This document shows, piece by piece, positions 1-8,927 of a DNA stretch of 64,000 nt. The position numbers and the translations under genes were made by a program. Within the stretch, counting starts at the first letter, position 1. Each line of letters opens with the position of its first letter. Origin of the DNA: an uncultured Gemmatimonadales bacterium (GTDB lineage Bacteria > Gemmatimonadota > Gemmatimonadetes > Palauibacterales > Palauibacteraceae); the NCBI GenBank assembly GCA_963783385.1, contig CAWANJ010000006.1:96001-160000 (forward strand). The letters are read 5' to 3'. The notes under the pieces were generated by a model. That model was not told the DNA's origin, made no database searches, and worked only from the letters and a program-made list of their open reading frames with translations.

Positions 1-1
1 A

Positions 2-589
2 GGGCCTTCCGTCGCGATCCACCATGGAGGGCGAGAACGCCCATCCGTAGGCGCCGACCGCCTCGAACGACGAGGCGTGGTCGCGCCAGGCCAGGTAGTC
101 GCCGCTGGCCACGACGTTGTGGTCCCCGCCTCCGGGATGGACATCCCACATCTGCACCAGTCGGTCCGGGTGCGGGTACGGCAGGGGGCGGAGGAGGACG
201 GCGTACACGACGCTGAACATGGCCGTGGTGGCCCCGATCCCGAGGGCCAGCGTGAGAATCGCCACCGCCGCGAACCCCGGCCGCGACCGCAGCTTCCTCC
301 ACCCGTAGCGCACGTCGTCGCGGAACTCGTGGAGCCACTCCAGGCGCCGGCGGCGGCGCTCGGTGCGGGCGGTCTCGCGGCCGAGGGTCCGGCGGGCCCC
401 CTCCAGGTCCCCGAACTCCTCCAGGGCTCGTCGTTCGGCCGCCGCCCGGTCGACCCCCTCCGCCAAGAGCTCGTCGACGCGCGACTCGAGGTGGAAGCGG
501 ATCTCGGCGTCCACGTCGTCCGGGACCTGGCGGCCGAGCTCGCGGTCGATCCTGAGGAGCCGGCGAACCCCCGGCGGCAGCCGACTCAC
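2..589 (-). CDS. ADOP-type (MacB-like duplicated) ABC permease, 5' part; runs off the window edge
   Basis: Manual translation from GTG 589 gives [15 protein letters not shown]...[14 protein letters not shown]...[55 protein letters not shown], the typical permease-prefix plus MacB-PCD start. Absent from the ORF track because there is no stop in the window. Confidence 0.9.
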   Translation of the reverse strand, partial: MSRLPPGVRRLLRIDRELGRQVPDDVDAEIRFHLESRVDELLAEGVDRAAAERRALEEFGDLEGARRTLGRETARTERRRRRLEWLHEFRDDVRYGWRKLRSRPGFAAVAILTLALGIGATTAMFSVVYAVLLRPLPYPHPDRLVQMWDVHPGGGDHNVVASGDYLAWRDHASSFEAVGAYGWAFSPSMVDRDGRP

Positions 590-659
590 GACCCCGGACT
601 CTCCGGAATCCCTCGGCGACCTCGCGCCGCCTGACCGCCGCCGGCCCCACCGCCGCCCA

Positions 660-985
660 TCAGGCCGTCTCCGCTCCGAGCACCTTCCACATGCGCGTCC
701 GTGTAGCGGCGGATGCTCCGGATCTCCTCGGCCAGCTGGCCCGCGACCGGCCGCGGTGAGGCTGTAGTACTTGGCGCGCCGGTTGTTGTCGGAGAGACCC
801 CACTCCGCGTCGATCCATCCACGTCGCTCCATGCAATGGAGGGACTGGTAGATGGCGGCGTCCTCGACCTCGAGCTCGCCCTCCGTCCGGCGGTGGATCC
901 AGCGGGAGATGCCGTACCCATGGCGCGGGCCCCAGGTGAGGGCCTTGAGAGCCATGACGTCCAGCGTGCCCTTGAGCAGGTCCAT
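660..985 (-). CDS. PadR family transcriptional regulator (acidobacterial subfamily), apparent frameshifts near the 3' end
   Basis: [30 protein letters not shown]...[38 protein letters not shown]; the C-terminus ([15 protein letters not shown] / [10 protein letters not shown]) continues in other frames. Lies upstream of the ADOP permease. Confidence 0.85.
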
Positions 986-1058
986 CGCCGCCTCTCCGGC
1001 CGCGGTCGCAGGCATCGCCCGAGACCTCGGCCGCGCGCCCACTCCCCTCAGACTCTTA

Positions 1059-1075
1059 CCCTAAGTTACTTATGG
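1059..1075. promoter_or_regulatory. Imperfect palindrome, candidate PadR operator
   Basis: CCCTAAG-TTA-CTTATGG (6/7 inverted match) in an AT-rich patch upstream of padR. Confidence 0.45.
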
Positions 1076-1138
1076 ATAGGCGGGAGGAAGCGTGCCGTCA
1101 AGAGCCGGGCGGCCACGGCCGACCGCGGGAGGTCCGGC

Positions 1139-1175
1139 TTGACGGAGCGAAACATGCGTTTTATACATACGTTTC
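1139..1175 (+). promoter_or_regulatory. Promoter (-35 TTGACG) overlapped by tandem TetR-like operators
   Basis: TTGACG at 1139, then AAACATGCGTTT and ATACATACGTTT with a 13-bp period, upstream of the efflux operon that ends in a TetR gene. Confidence 0.55.
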
Positions 1176-1253
1176 ACAACGGCCGCGACGTCCGCCCCGG
1201 CGGGGAGCCCGACGCGCCGCCGCTTGGACGTTCCACCGGCCCGGAGTTCGCTC

Positions 1254-2201
1254 GTGTCCCGGAAGATCGCGGCCCCTCTCGTCGCCCTCCTCGTCGCCGG
1301 CGCTGTGGTCGCCTACTTCCTGCTGCGCGGCGGCTCCGACCAGCTCGTCCTCACGGGAGTCGTGACGACCGACGAAGTGCTGGTCAGCTCGCAGGTGAGT
1401 GGCCAGGTGAGCCGCATGCTGGTGGCCGACGGGGACTCCGTGGTCCGCGGCCAGCTCGTCGCCGAGCTCGCGCCCGCCGAGCTGCGCGCCGATCGGACGT
1501 ACTACACGCACAGCGCGGGGGCCATGGCCTCCCAGGTGGCGGCCGCCGAGGCCGACCTCCGGGCGGCCGTGGCCCAGGACAGCGAGGCCGTCGCCAACCT
1601 GGTGAACGCGCGGCGCTCCTGGGAGCGCGATTCGGCCGTGGCCGGCGCGGGCGGGATCAGCCAGCAGGCGCTGGACGTCACCCGGACCGCCTACCGCGTG
1701 GCGGCGGCGCGCGCCGAGGCGGCCCACCACCAGGTGTCGGCGGCCCGCAGCACCGTCGAGGCCCTGCGCCAGCAGAGCGACGCCGCTTCGGCGCAGACGA
1801 CCAGGGCCGACGTGCGCCTGGGCTACGCGGAGGTGCGGGCCCCCATCGACGGCATCGTGGATGTGCGCGCCGCCCGGGTCGGCGAGGTGGTCCCCGCCGG
1901 CCAGCCCCTCGTCACCCTCGTCGACCCCGACTCGGTGTGGGTGAGGGCGGACATCGAGGAGTCCTACATCGACCGGATCCGTCTGGGGGACACGCTGACG
2001 GTGCGACTCCCCTCCGGCGCCGAGCTCCCCGGGGTCGTGTACTTCCGCGGCGTCGACGCCGACTTCGCGACCCAGCGCGACGTGAGCCGCACCAAGCGCG
2101 ACATCAAGACCTTCCAGGTGCGCCTCCGGGTCGACAACCACGACCGAAGGCTCGCGGTCGGCATGACGGCCTACGTGCTCCTGCCGCTGGAATCGTCATG
2201 A
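1254..2201 (+). CDS. HlyD family efflux membrane-fusion protein
   Basis: N-terminal TM anchor, lipoyl half-motifs (VSSQVSGQVSRMLVADGDSV; VRAPIDGIV), coiled coil; GTG start with GGAG RBS. Confidence 0.9.
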   Translation: MSRKIAAPLVALLVAGAVVAYFLLRGGSDQLVLTGVVTTDEVLVSSQVSGQVSRMLVADGDSVVRGQLVAELAPAELRADRTYYTHSAGAMASQVAAAEADLRAAVAQDSEAVANLVNARRSWERDSAVAGAGGISQQALDVTRTAYRVAAARAEAAHHQVSAARSTVEALRQQSDAASAQTTRADVRLGYAEVRAPIDGIVDVRAARVGEVVPAGQPLVTLVDPDSVWVRADIEESYIDRIRLGDTLTVRLPSGAELPGVVYFRGVDADFATQRDVSRTKRDIKTFQVRLRVDNHDRRLAVGMTAYVLLPLESS

Positions 2202-3261
2202 GCGCCGGATCGCGAGCCGACGCCCTGCCGGGTGGCTCGGCTCGAGGCCCCTCCGTCCCGGATCGGCCCGACGCCATCGAGGTCCGGGAGATCACCAAGC
2301 GCTTCGGCGATTTCACGGCCGTGGACTCGGTCACCTTCTCGGTGCGCGAGGGGGAGATCTTCGGGCTCCTGGGTCCGAACGGCGCCGGGAAGTCCACGCT
2401 GATCCGCATGCTCACCACCCTGATCCGGCCTACCTCGGGGACGGCACTGGTGGGGGGGCACGACGTGACCCGGGAGCCGGACGCGGTGCGCGCGCACGAT
2501 CGGGGTGATCCCGCAGGCGCTGACCAGCGACATCGACCTCTCGGTCAGGGAGAACCTCCTGATCTACGCCAAGCTGTACGGCGTCCCGCGCGACCGGCGC
2601 CGCGCGATCATCGCCGATCTGCTCGAGGCGGTGGAGCTCACGAAATGGGCGGATCAGGCCGGTGAAGCAGCTGTCGGGGGGCATGCGGCGGAGGGTCGAG
2701 ATCGCGCGCGGACTGGTCCACGAGCCGCGCATCCTCTTCCTGGACGAGCCCACCACGGGCCTGGACCCCGTGTCGCGCACCTCGGTGTGGGAGATGCTGC
2801 GCCAGGTCAAGGCGGAGCACGACCTCACGATGCTGCTCACGACGCACTACATGGAGGAAGCCGACCGGCTGTGCGAGCGCGTCGCGATCGTGGACCACGG
2901 ACGCCTGCTCGCCCTCGACTCCCCGCTCCACCTCAAGGCCGCCATCCCCGGCGAGAGCACCCTGGAGGCCAGCTTCGCCGACGCCCCGCCGGACTGGTCG
3001 TCGCGCATGGAGGCGCTCCCGGCGGTGGAGAGCGTAAGCGGCGGGGAGGGCGCGGTGTACCGGATCGTCTCCGCCGACGGGCCCCGCACGACCACGGCGC
3101 TCCTCACCGAGGCGGCGGAGGCCGGCGTGGCCGTGCATTCCCTGGCCGTGCAGAGCACGACGCTGGACGACGTCTTCGTCCACTTCACCGGCCACGAGCT
3201 CCGCGACGAGCTCCAGGAGCCCTCCGCGGCGGACCGGCTCGTGGTCCGCCCCGGGCGCTGA
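2198..3261 (+). CDS. ABC transporter ATP-binding protein (frameshifted near 2495 and 2660)
   Basis: GPNGAGKST Walker A, LSGGMRRR signature, ILFLDEPT Walker B and TTHYMEEA, spread over three frames. Confidence 0.9.
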
Positions 3262-3271
3262 CGAGGCCGCC

Positions 3272-4441
3272 GTGGACCGCATGTGGGCCATCGTCGAACG
3301 CGACCTGCGCCGCTTCCGGCGGAGCCCCACCCTCATCGTGGTCTCCCTCATCTTCCCGGTCGTCCAGCTCGTCGTCCTCGGTTACGCCTTCGGCGGGAAG
3401 GTGCGGCACCTCGAGGTGGGGCTCGTGGACCAGGACGGAGGGCTCCCGGCCGTGCAGGTCCGGGCGCTCGGGAACGCGATCGCCGCCAACGCGAAGACGT
3501 TCTCGTTCGCCACCTACGACGACCAGACGAGGGCGCTCGCCGACCTCCGGAACGGGAAGTTGAACGGCGTCCTCACCATCCCGCCCGGGTTCTCGCGCCG
3601 CGTGCTGGTGGGCGAGTCTCCCCGGGTCGCGCTGGTCGAGGACAATACGGACAACTTCGTGGCCTCGGCGCTCGGGGCCAGCCTGCAGGGGCTGGTGCGG
3701 GCCTACACGCCGCCCGGCGGCGGCGCGCGCGTCGCGGCCTCCGTGCCCCCCGGCTCCCCCGCCCCGGCCGCGGGGAGCGGATCGGCCGCCGCGCACCAGC
3801 CCACCCTGGACGTGGTCGAGATGTACCCGTACGTGCCCTACATCCAGTACCTACTGCCGGGCTCGATCGTGATGTCGATCTTCATGATGGTGATGATCGG
3901 CGGGGGGATCATCTTCATCGACGACAAGGCGCGCGGGCTGCACGAGGGCTACCTGGTCACGCCCATCACCCGCTTCGAGCTCATCCTGGGCTTCAACCTG
4001 GCGGGGGCCCTCAAGGCGGTCCTGGCCGGCACCGTTCTCATGTTCATCGGCTCGGTGATCGCGGGGGTGCCCAACCCGTTCGATCCGCTCCGCCTCATCC
4101 GCCTGTTCACGGTGATCTCGATCACCGCCATCGCCCTCGTGAGCATGATGTTCCTGCTCATGGTGCGGGTCCAGGATCCCCTGGTGCCACGCGCGACCTT
4201 CGGCGTGCTCAACACGTTCCTGTTCTTCCCGAGCGGCGCCGTCTACCCGCAGCAGGGATTCCCGAAGTGGCTGCGGGTGATCGCGGTCGCCGATCCGTTC
4301 ACCTACTCGGTCCACGCGCTCAAGAACCTGCTCCTCAAGAACACGGGCTTCGGGGCCATCGCCGTCGACCTGGCGTACCTGGCGATCTTCGCGGCGGTGA
4401 CCATGACGGCCGCCACGCTCCTGTTCCGGAGGGAGCTATGA
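3272..4441 (+). CDS. ABC-2 type permease
   Basis: TM1, large extracytoplasmic loop, then 5 TMs with FFPSGAVYP and PFTYSVHAL motifs. Confidence 0.9.
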   Translation: MDRMWAIVERDLRRFRRSPTLIVVSLIFPVVQLVVLGYAFGGKVRHLEVGLVDQDGGLPAVQVRALGNAIAANAKTFSFATYDDQTRALADLRNGKLNGVLTIPPGFSRRVLVGESPRVALVEDNTDNFVASALGASLQGLVRAYTPPGGGARVAASVPPGSPAPAAGSGSAAAHQPTLDVVEMYPYVPYIQYLLPGSIVMSIFMMVMIGGGIIFIDDKARGLHEGYLVTPITRFELILGFNLAGALKAVLAGTVLMFIGSVIAGVPNPFDPLRLIRLFTVISITAIALVSMMFLLMVRVQDPLVPRATFGVLNTFLFFPSGAVYPQQGFPKWLRVIAVADPFTYSVHALKNLLLKNTGFGAIAVDLAYLAIFAAVTMTAATLLFRREL

Positions 4442-5082
4442 GCCGAGGCGGCGACGCGGAGACGCGGGAGCGTCTGCTGGAGGCCGCCCGAAGGCTGTTC
4501 GGAGAGGAGGCCTACCGGCGAGTGACGGTGCGCGACCTGTGCCGGGCCGCGGGGGCCAACCTCGCGGCGGTGAATTACTACTTCGGCGACAAGCTCGGCC
4601 TGTACCGCGAGGTCGTCCGGGGCGCGCTGGAAGGGATCCGGGGCTCGGACCCGGCGACCGAGATGCCGCGGGACCGTCCCGCCGCGGAGCGCATCCATCA
4701 CTACGTGCGCACCTACGTTCCGCGCCTGGCGCGGCCGGAGGGGCCGGCCGTGTGGATGCAGCGGATCATGGGGCACGAGATGCAGGAGCCCACGCCGCTG
4801 GCCCCGTGGATCGCCGAGCAGGTGATCCTCCCGCGGGTCCGTTACCTGTCGGAGGCGGTCGCCGAGCTGGCAGGCTGCGCGGTGGACGACCCCCGCGTGG
4901 GCCGGTGCGTGGCCAGCATCCAGGCCCAGTGCCTCTTCTACATGCCGAACCGCTTCCGGAGCGCCGCCTTCCCCAGATGGCGGGAGCTGTCCGACCGGGA
5001 GCTGGCCGACGCGGCCGAGCACATCGCCGAGTTCTCCCTGTCCGGGATCCGGCGCGTGACGGGGGCGGGCCCGGCAGGTTGA
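4438..5082 (+). CDS. TetR family regulator (CecR/YbiH-like C-terminal domain)
   Basis: TRERLLEAARRLF...VTVRDLCRAAGANLAAVNYYFGDKLGLY HTH; ATG overlaps the permease stop. Confidence 0.9.
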   Translation: MSRGGDAETRERLLEAARRLFGEEAYRRVTVRDLCRAAGANLAAVNYYFGDKLGLYREVVRGALEGIRGSDPATEMPRDRPAAERIHHYVRTYVPRLARPEGPAVWMQRIMGHEMQEPTPLAPWIAEQVILPRVRYLSEAVAELAGCAVDDPRVGRCVASIQAQCLFYMPNRFRSAAFPRWRELSDRELADAAEHIAEFSLSGIRRVTGAGPAG

Positions 5083-5135
5083 CACGGCCGGCCACGCCAC
5101 GTAGCGTGCCGGACGTTCTTGAGAATGAGTCTCAA
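5079..5135 (+). promoter_or_regulatory. Sigma70 promoter plus Fur-box-like palindrome
   Basis: TTGACA(5079)-N17-TAGCGT(5102); TTGAGAATGAGTCTCAA at 5119-5135, 11 bp before an iron permease. Confidence 0.75.
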
Positions 5136-5146
5136 CCCCGGCACGC

Positions 5147-6151
5147 ATGAGCCGCGACGCACGCACCGACGCTTCCGCCCGGCCGAACACGGCGCTCCGC
5201 GTCTTCCTGACGCTGGCGGCGCTCGTCGTGGGCGGCGTCATTCTGTGGCAGGCGCTGGCCACGGGGGGCAGCCCCGATCCCCTGGCGGCCGGGGCCTCGG
5301 GCACGGCGGTGCTCGACATCGGCGTGCTGGTCTTCCGCGAGGGCCTCGAGTCGATCCTTGTGCTGGCGGCCATCATGGCGACCATGGTGGGAGGCGCGCG
5401 GGCCTACCGCAGGCCGGTCGCGGTGGGAGCCGCGGCCGGATTCCTGGCCTCGCTCGTCACCTGGAAGATCGCGATCGGGATCATCGACAGCCTCACCGAG
5501 AGCATCTCCGCACTCCAGGTCCAGGCCGTAACCGGCCTCCTGGCCATCGTGGTGCTCCTCCTGGTCATGAACTGGTTCTTCCACAAGATCTACTGGACCG
5601 GCTGGATCTCGGCCCACACGAAGCGGAAGAAGGCCCTCCTGGACCGGGTGGACGACCCGGGCGCCTCGCAGATCCAGATCCTGTTCGGGCTTGGCTTCCT
5701 GGGCTTCACCTCGCTGTACCGGGAGGGCTTCGAGGTCGTCCTCTTCCTGCAGAACTACCGCCTCAAGCTGGGATCGGGTCCCGTGCTGCACGGGGTGCTG
5801 GCCGGGCTGGCGCTCACCGCGATCGTGGGTGTCCTCACCTTCGTGGCCAATCGGCGACTTCCCTACAAGAAGATGCTGGTCCTCACCGGCGTCCTCCTGG
5901 GCATCGTCCTGCTGGTCATGGTGGGCGAGCAGGCGCAGGAGATGCAGCTGGCGCACTGGCTGCCGACGACCACGATCCCGTGGCTGGTCGGGGTGATCCC
6001 GGCGTGGCTCAAGATGTGGTTCGCCGTGTTCCCCACGGTCGAGACGCTGGCCGCCCAGGTGCTGGCGGCAGGGCTCGTCCTGGGCTCCTACGCTGTGGTC
6101 CGCCACCAGGTGGCCCGTACCGTCCGCCGCGCGGAGGCCGTGACGGGCTGA
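5147..6151 (+). CDS. FTR1/EfeU family iron permease
   Basis: Two REGxE motifs (FREGLES, YREGFEV), multiple TMs. Confidence 0.9.
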   Translation: MSRDARTDASARPNTALRVFLTLAALVVGGVILWQALATGGSPDPLAAGASGTAVLDIGVLVFREGLESILVLAAIMATMVGGARAYRRPVAVGAAAGFLASLVTWKIAIGIIDSLTESISALQVQAVTGLLAIVVLLLVMNWFFHKIYWTGWISAHTKRKKALLDRVDDPGASQIQILFGLGFLGFTSLYREGFEVVLFLQNYRLKLGSGPVLHGVLAGLALTAIVGVLTFVANRRLPYKKMLVLTGVLLGIVLLVMVGEQAQEMQLAHWLPTTTIPWLVGVIPAWLKMWFAVFPTVETLAAQVLAAGLVLGSYAVVRHQVARTVRRAEAVTG

Positions 6152-6279
6152 TCTCGCCCCGGCGGACGGACGGCCCACGGCAGTCCATCGCCGCTTCCAC
6201 CCGGCCCTTGCAGGATCCCGGCGGGCTGGCCATGCTGGACTAGAATTCACAGATCCCTTTCCTGGAGCCGTGCATCCAG

Positions 6280-8193
6280 ATGGCGAAGCCCGGTTCGCGT
6301 CTCTCCGCGTTGTTCACCGAGCTGCGCCGCCGCAGCGTGCTTCAGGTGGGCGGGATCTACCTCATCGTGGCCTGGCTCATCATCCAGGTCAGCGTGGCCA
6401 CCTTCCCCGTGCTCCTGCTGCCCGGCTGGACGCTGCGGGCGGTCGTCATGGCCGCCATCCTGGGCTTCCCCGTCGCGGTGGTCCTGGCGTGGGCCTTCGA
6501 GATCACTCCCGAGGGCGTGCGTCGGACGCGCGACCCCGACTCCGACGAGGTCCAGGCCTCGACCATCCCCCCCGGCGTCCGCTACGCGCTCGTCCTCGGG
6601 GTCCTGCTGGTCAGCTCGGGCGTGGGTTGGGCTGTGTGGCGACTCTGGCTCCAGCCTCGCGCAAACTCGGCCGCGGTGGCGAGCTCTCCCGAGCGACAAC
6701 CTCTGGACGAATACGGCGTCGCGGTGCTGTACCTGGACGACTTCAGTCCTCACGGGGAGCTCTCGTACCTGGCCAGCGGACTCACCGCTGGCCTCATCCA
6801 CTCCCTCAGCCAGATCGGACCCCTGCACGTCGTATCGCTGAACGGGGTCAAACCCTTCCGCAATCCGACCATATCCCTGGACAGCGTCGCCAGGATCCTG
6901 GGCGTCCGCTGGCTGGTCGAGGGAAGCCTGGAACCGACTGAACAGGGGCTCTCCTCGACGATCCAGCTGGTGGACGGCCGGACGGGTCTCGAGGTCCTCA
7001 GTACGCGCATTCAGGAGCGGGGAAAGGACCTGCTCCATCTCCGCAACGAGATCGTGGACGGGGCCGAGCGCCAGCTCGGACAGAAGCTGGGCCGCGAGCT
7101 GGCGGGAACGCAGGACCGACCGGGGACGGCGAGCCCGGAGGCCTGGAGACTGGTGCAGCACGCGAAAGCCTTCGAGGAACAGGCGGACACGCTCCGGTGG
7201 ACCCTGGGCGATACGAGCGCGGCCCGATCGGCGTTGATCGAAGCGGACAGCATGCTGGCCCGGGCCTCGAATCTGGACGACCGCTGGCTGCAGCCCCTCA
7301 TCGAACGCGGCTGGATCGAGGCCAGGCAGGGCGGGCTCAGGCCGGGATCGCACGGCGCCTATCAGCAGGCTCGCCTCGAGTCGGGGCTCGCCCTGGCGGA
7401 CGAGGCCCTGCGCCGCCGGCCCGGCGATCCCACCGCCCTCGAGCTGCGGGGAACGCTGCGCCTGGTCCTCAGCTACAACGCCAATTCCACCGCCGTCGAC
7501 ACGCTACGGAGGGACGCGGCCACCGACCTTCGCCAGGCGGTCGCGGCTGATTCCAGCCGGGTGTGGGCCTGGGTCTCCCTGGCCGAGCTCCTCCGTACCG
7601 AGGGAAACTTCACCGAGGCGGCCCGGGCGGCCCAACGCGCGCTGCAGGCGGACCCCTTCCTCATCAACGGCGAGAACGAGATCCTCTACATCGTGGCCCA
7701 CACCTGGCTCGAGCTCGAGGAGGTGGACAGGGCCAACAAGTGGGTCGATGCCGGCCGACGACGCTTCCCGGCCGACCCCACCTTCACGGCCCAGAAGCTG
7801 GTCATCCTGGCGGGCTCGGGCGAGGCGGCCACGGTGCCGGCCGCGGTGGACACGGCCTGGGCGCTGTGCGCCAAGATCGAAAGCCGCTTCGGACTCAAGA
7901 CTTGGGAGTACGGCCACCTTCAGGTCGCCGCGGTCCTCGCGCAGGTCGGACGAGCCGACAGCGCCCGGGCCGTCATCCGACGCGCACGGGCGAACCGTCC
8001 GGACGACGCATGGGGCGACTACTACGAGGCCAACGCCCGCGTCCAGCTGGGCGAGGCGGCCCGGGCGATCGAGCTCCTGGGTGGTTACCTGCAGCAGTTC
8101 CCCGCCCAGCGGGCCTACATCGCGCGCGACTGGTGGTGGAAGTCGTTGCGGGGCGACCCGCGGTTCCAGGCGCTGGTGCGCGGAGCCGACTGA
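6280..8193 (+). CDS. Membrane-anchored TolB-N-like/TPR protein
   Basis: N-terminal 3-TM module (RRRSVLQVGGIYLIVAWLIIQV...AWAFE), VAVLYLDD...ASGLTAGLIHSLSQ TolB-N-like domain, TPR helices, C-terminal LRGDPRFQALV. Confidence 0.8.
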   Translation: MAKPGSRLSALFTELRRRSVLQVGGIYLIVAWLIIQVSVATFPVLLLPGWTLRAVVMAAILGFPVAVVLAWAFEITPEGVRRTRDPDSDEVQASTIPPGVRYALVLGVLLVSSGVGWAVWRLWLQPRANSAAVASSPERQPLDEYGVAVLYLDDFSPHGELSYLASGLTAGLIHSLSQIGPLHVVSLNGVKPFRNPTISLDSVARILGVRWLVEGSLEPTEQGLSSTIQLVDGRTGLEVLSTRIQERGKDLLHLRNEIVDGAERQLGQKLGRELAGTQDRPGTASPEAWRLVQHAKAFEEQADTLRWTLGDTSAARSALIEADSMLARASNLDDRWLQPLIERGWIEARQGGLRPGSHGAYQQARLESGLALADEALRRRPGDPTALELRGTLRLVLSYNANSTAVDTLRRDAATDLRQAVAADSSRVWAWVSLAELLRTEGNFTEAARAAQRALQADPFLINGENEILYIVAHTWLELEEVDRANKWVDAGRRRFPADPTFTAQKLVILAGSGEAATVPAAVDTAWALCAKIESRFGLKTWEYGHLQVAAVLAQVGRADSARAVIRRARANRPDDAWGDYYEANARVQLGEAARAIELLGGYLQQFPAQRAYIARDWWWKSLRGDPRFQALVRGAD

Positions 8194-8214
8194 GACCGGT
8201 CAGAGGCCTCGGCC

Positions 8215-8646
8215 TTACGAGCCGGGACCCACGATCACGTCCGGATCCAGGATCTGGACTTCGCTACCATCGTAGAGAGCCACGATGTACTTGTAGGTGC
8301 CGTACTTCGCGTTCGCCGCCACCGAGGCCCCGGCCTTCCGGCCCTTGTGCGCCCCGATGCCCTTGCCATGGGCGGCCGCACCGAGGGGCCTGTCGGCCGA
8401 TGGCACCACGACCCTCCAGACACCCGCCGCGCTCGTCCATTCCACCCTGTCGCCGCGGTGGACCATCAGGGTGTCGGGACTGACGGAGAGCTTCCCAGAG
8501 CTGGCGTCGTAGTTGATGTTCACCGTGTGGGTCGTCGGAGGCGTCGCCGGGCGGCCGTCGGGAAGCGAGAACAGGCCCAGGGGAAGGAGGGCGACGAATC
8601 CGGCCGCCGCCACACGGGCACGTGGGTGGGAAAGGCGCATGGTCAT
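8215..8646 (-). CDS. Small exported protein, cupredoxin-like beta sandwich
   Basis: Signal-like N-terminus; VSPDTLMVHRGDRVEW...GTYKY pattern; no His/Cys/Met copper ligand set. Confidence 0.65.
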   Translation of the reverse strand: MTMRLSHPRARVAAAGFVALLPLGLFSLPDGRPATPPTTHTVNINYDASSGKLSVSPDTLMVHRGDRVEWTSAAGVWRVVVPSADRPLGAAAHGKGIGAHKGRKAGASVAANAKYGTYKYIVALYDGSEVQILDPDVIVGPGS

Positions 8647-8927
8647 CGCTCCGCTCGCGTCGAGGGGGAGTACGCTCCGGCCGGGGCCGGCAAGGATTTA
8701 GGGTGTTCGTTCAGAATACGCCATAAGGCGAGATCTCGGAAGGCCTCGGACACGGGCGGTCGAGCGGTTCGGGCCGGCGGCCCGGGCGGGAAGGGTTCCT
8801 CGCGCCGGGGACCCCGCCTCGCGGGCCCCGGAGAGGACCGGTGCGGATCCGGGAGCCTCCTGTGGCGCGTAGCGGACCTCCAGCGCTTCCCGTAGATTCG
8901 GCGGCCGACCCCTGCCAGGAGACGCCG

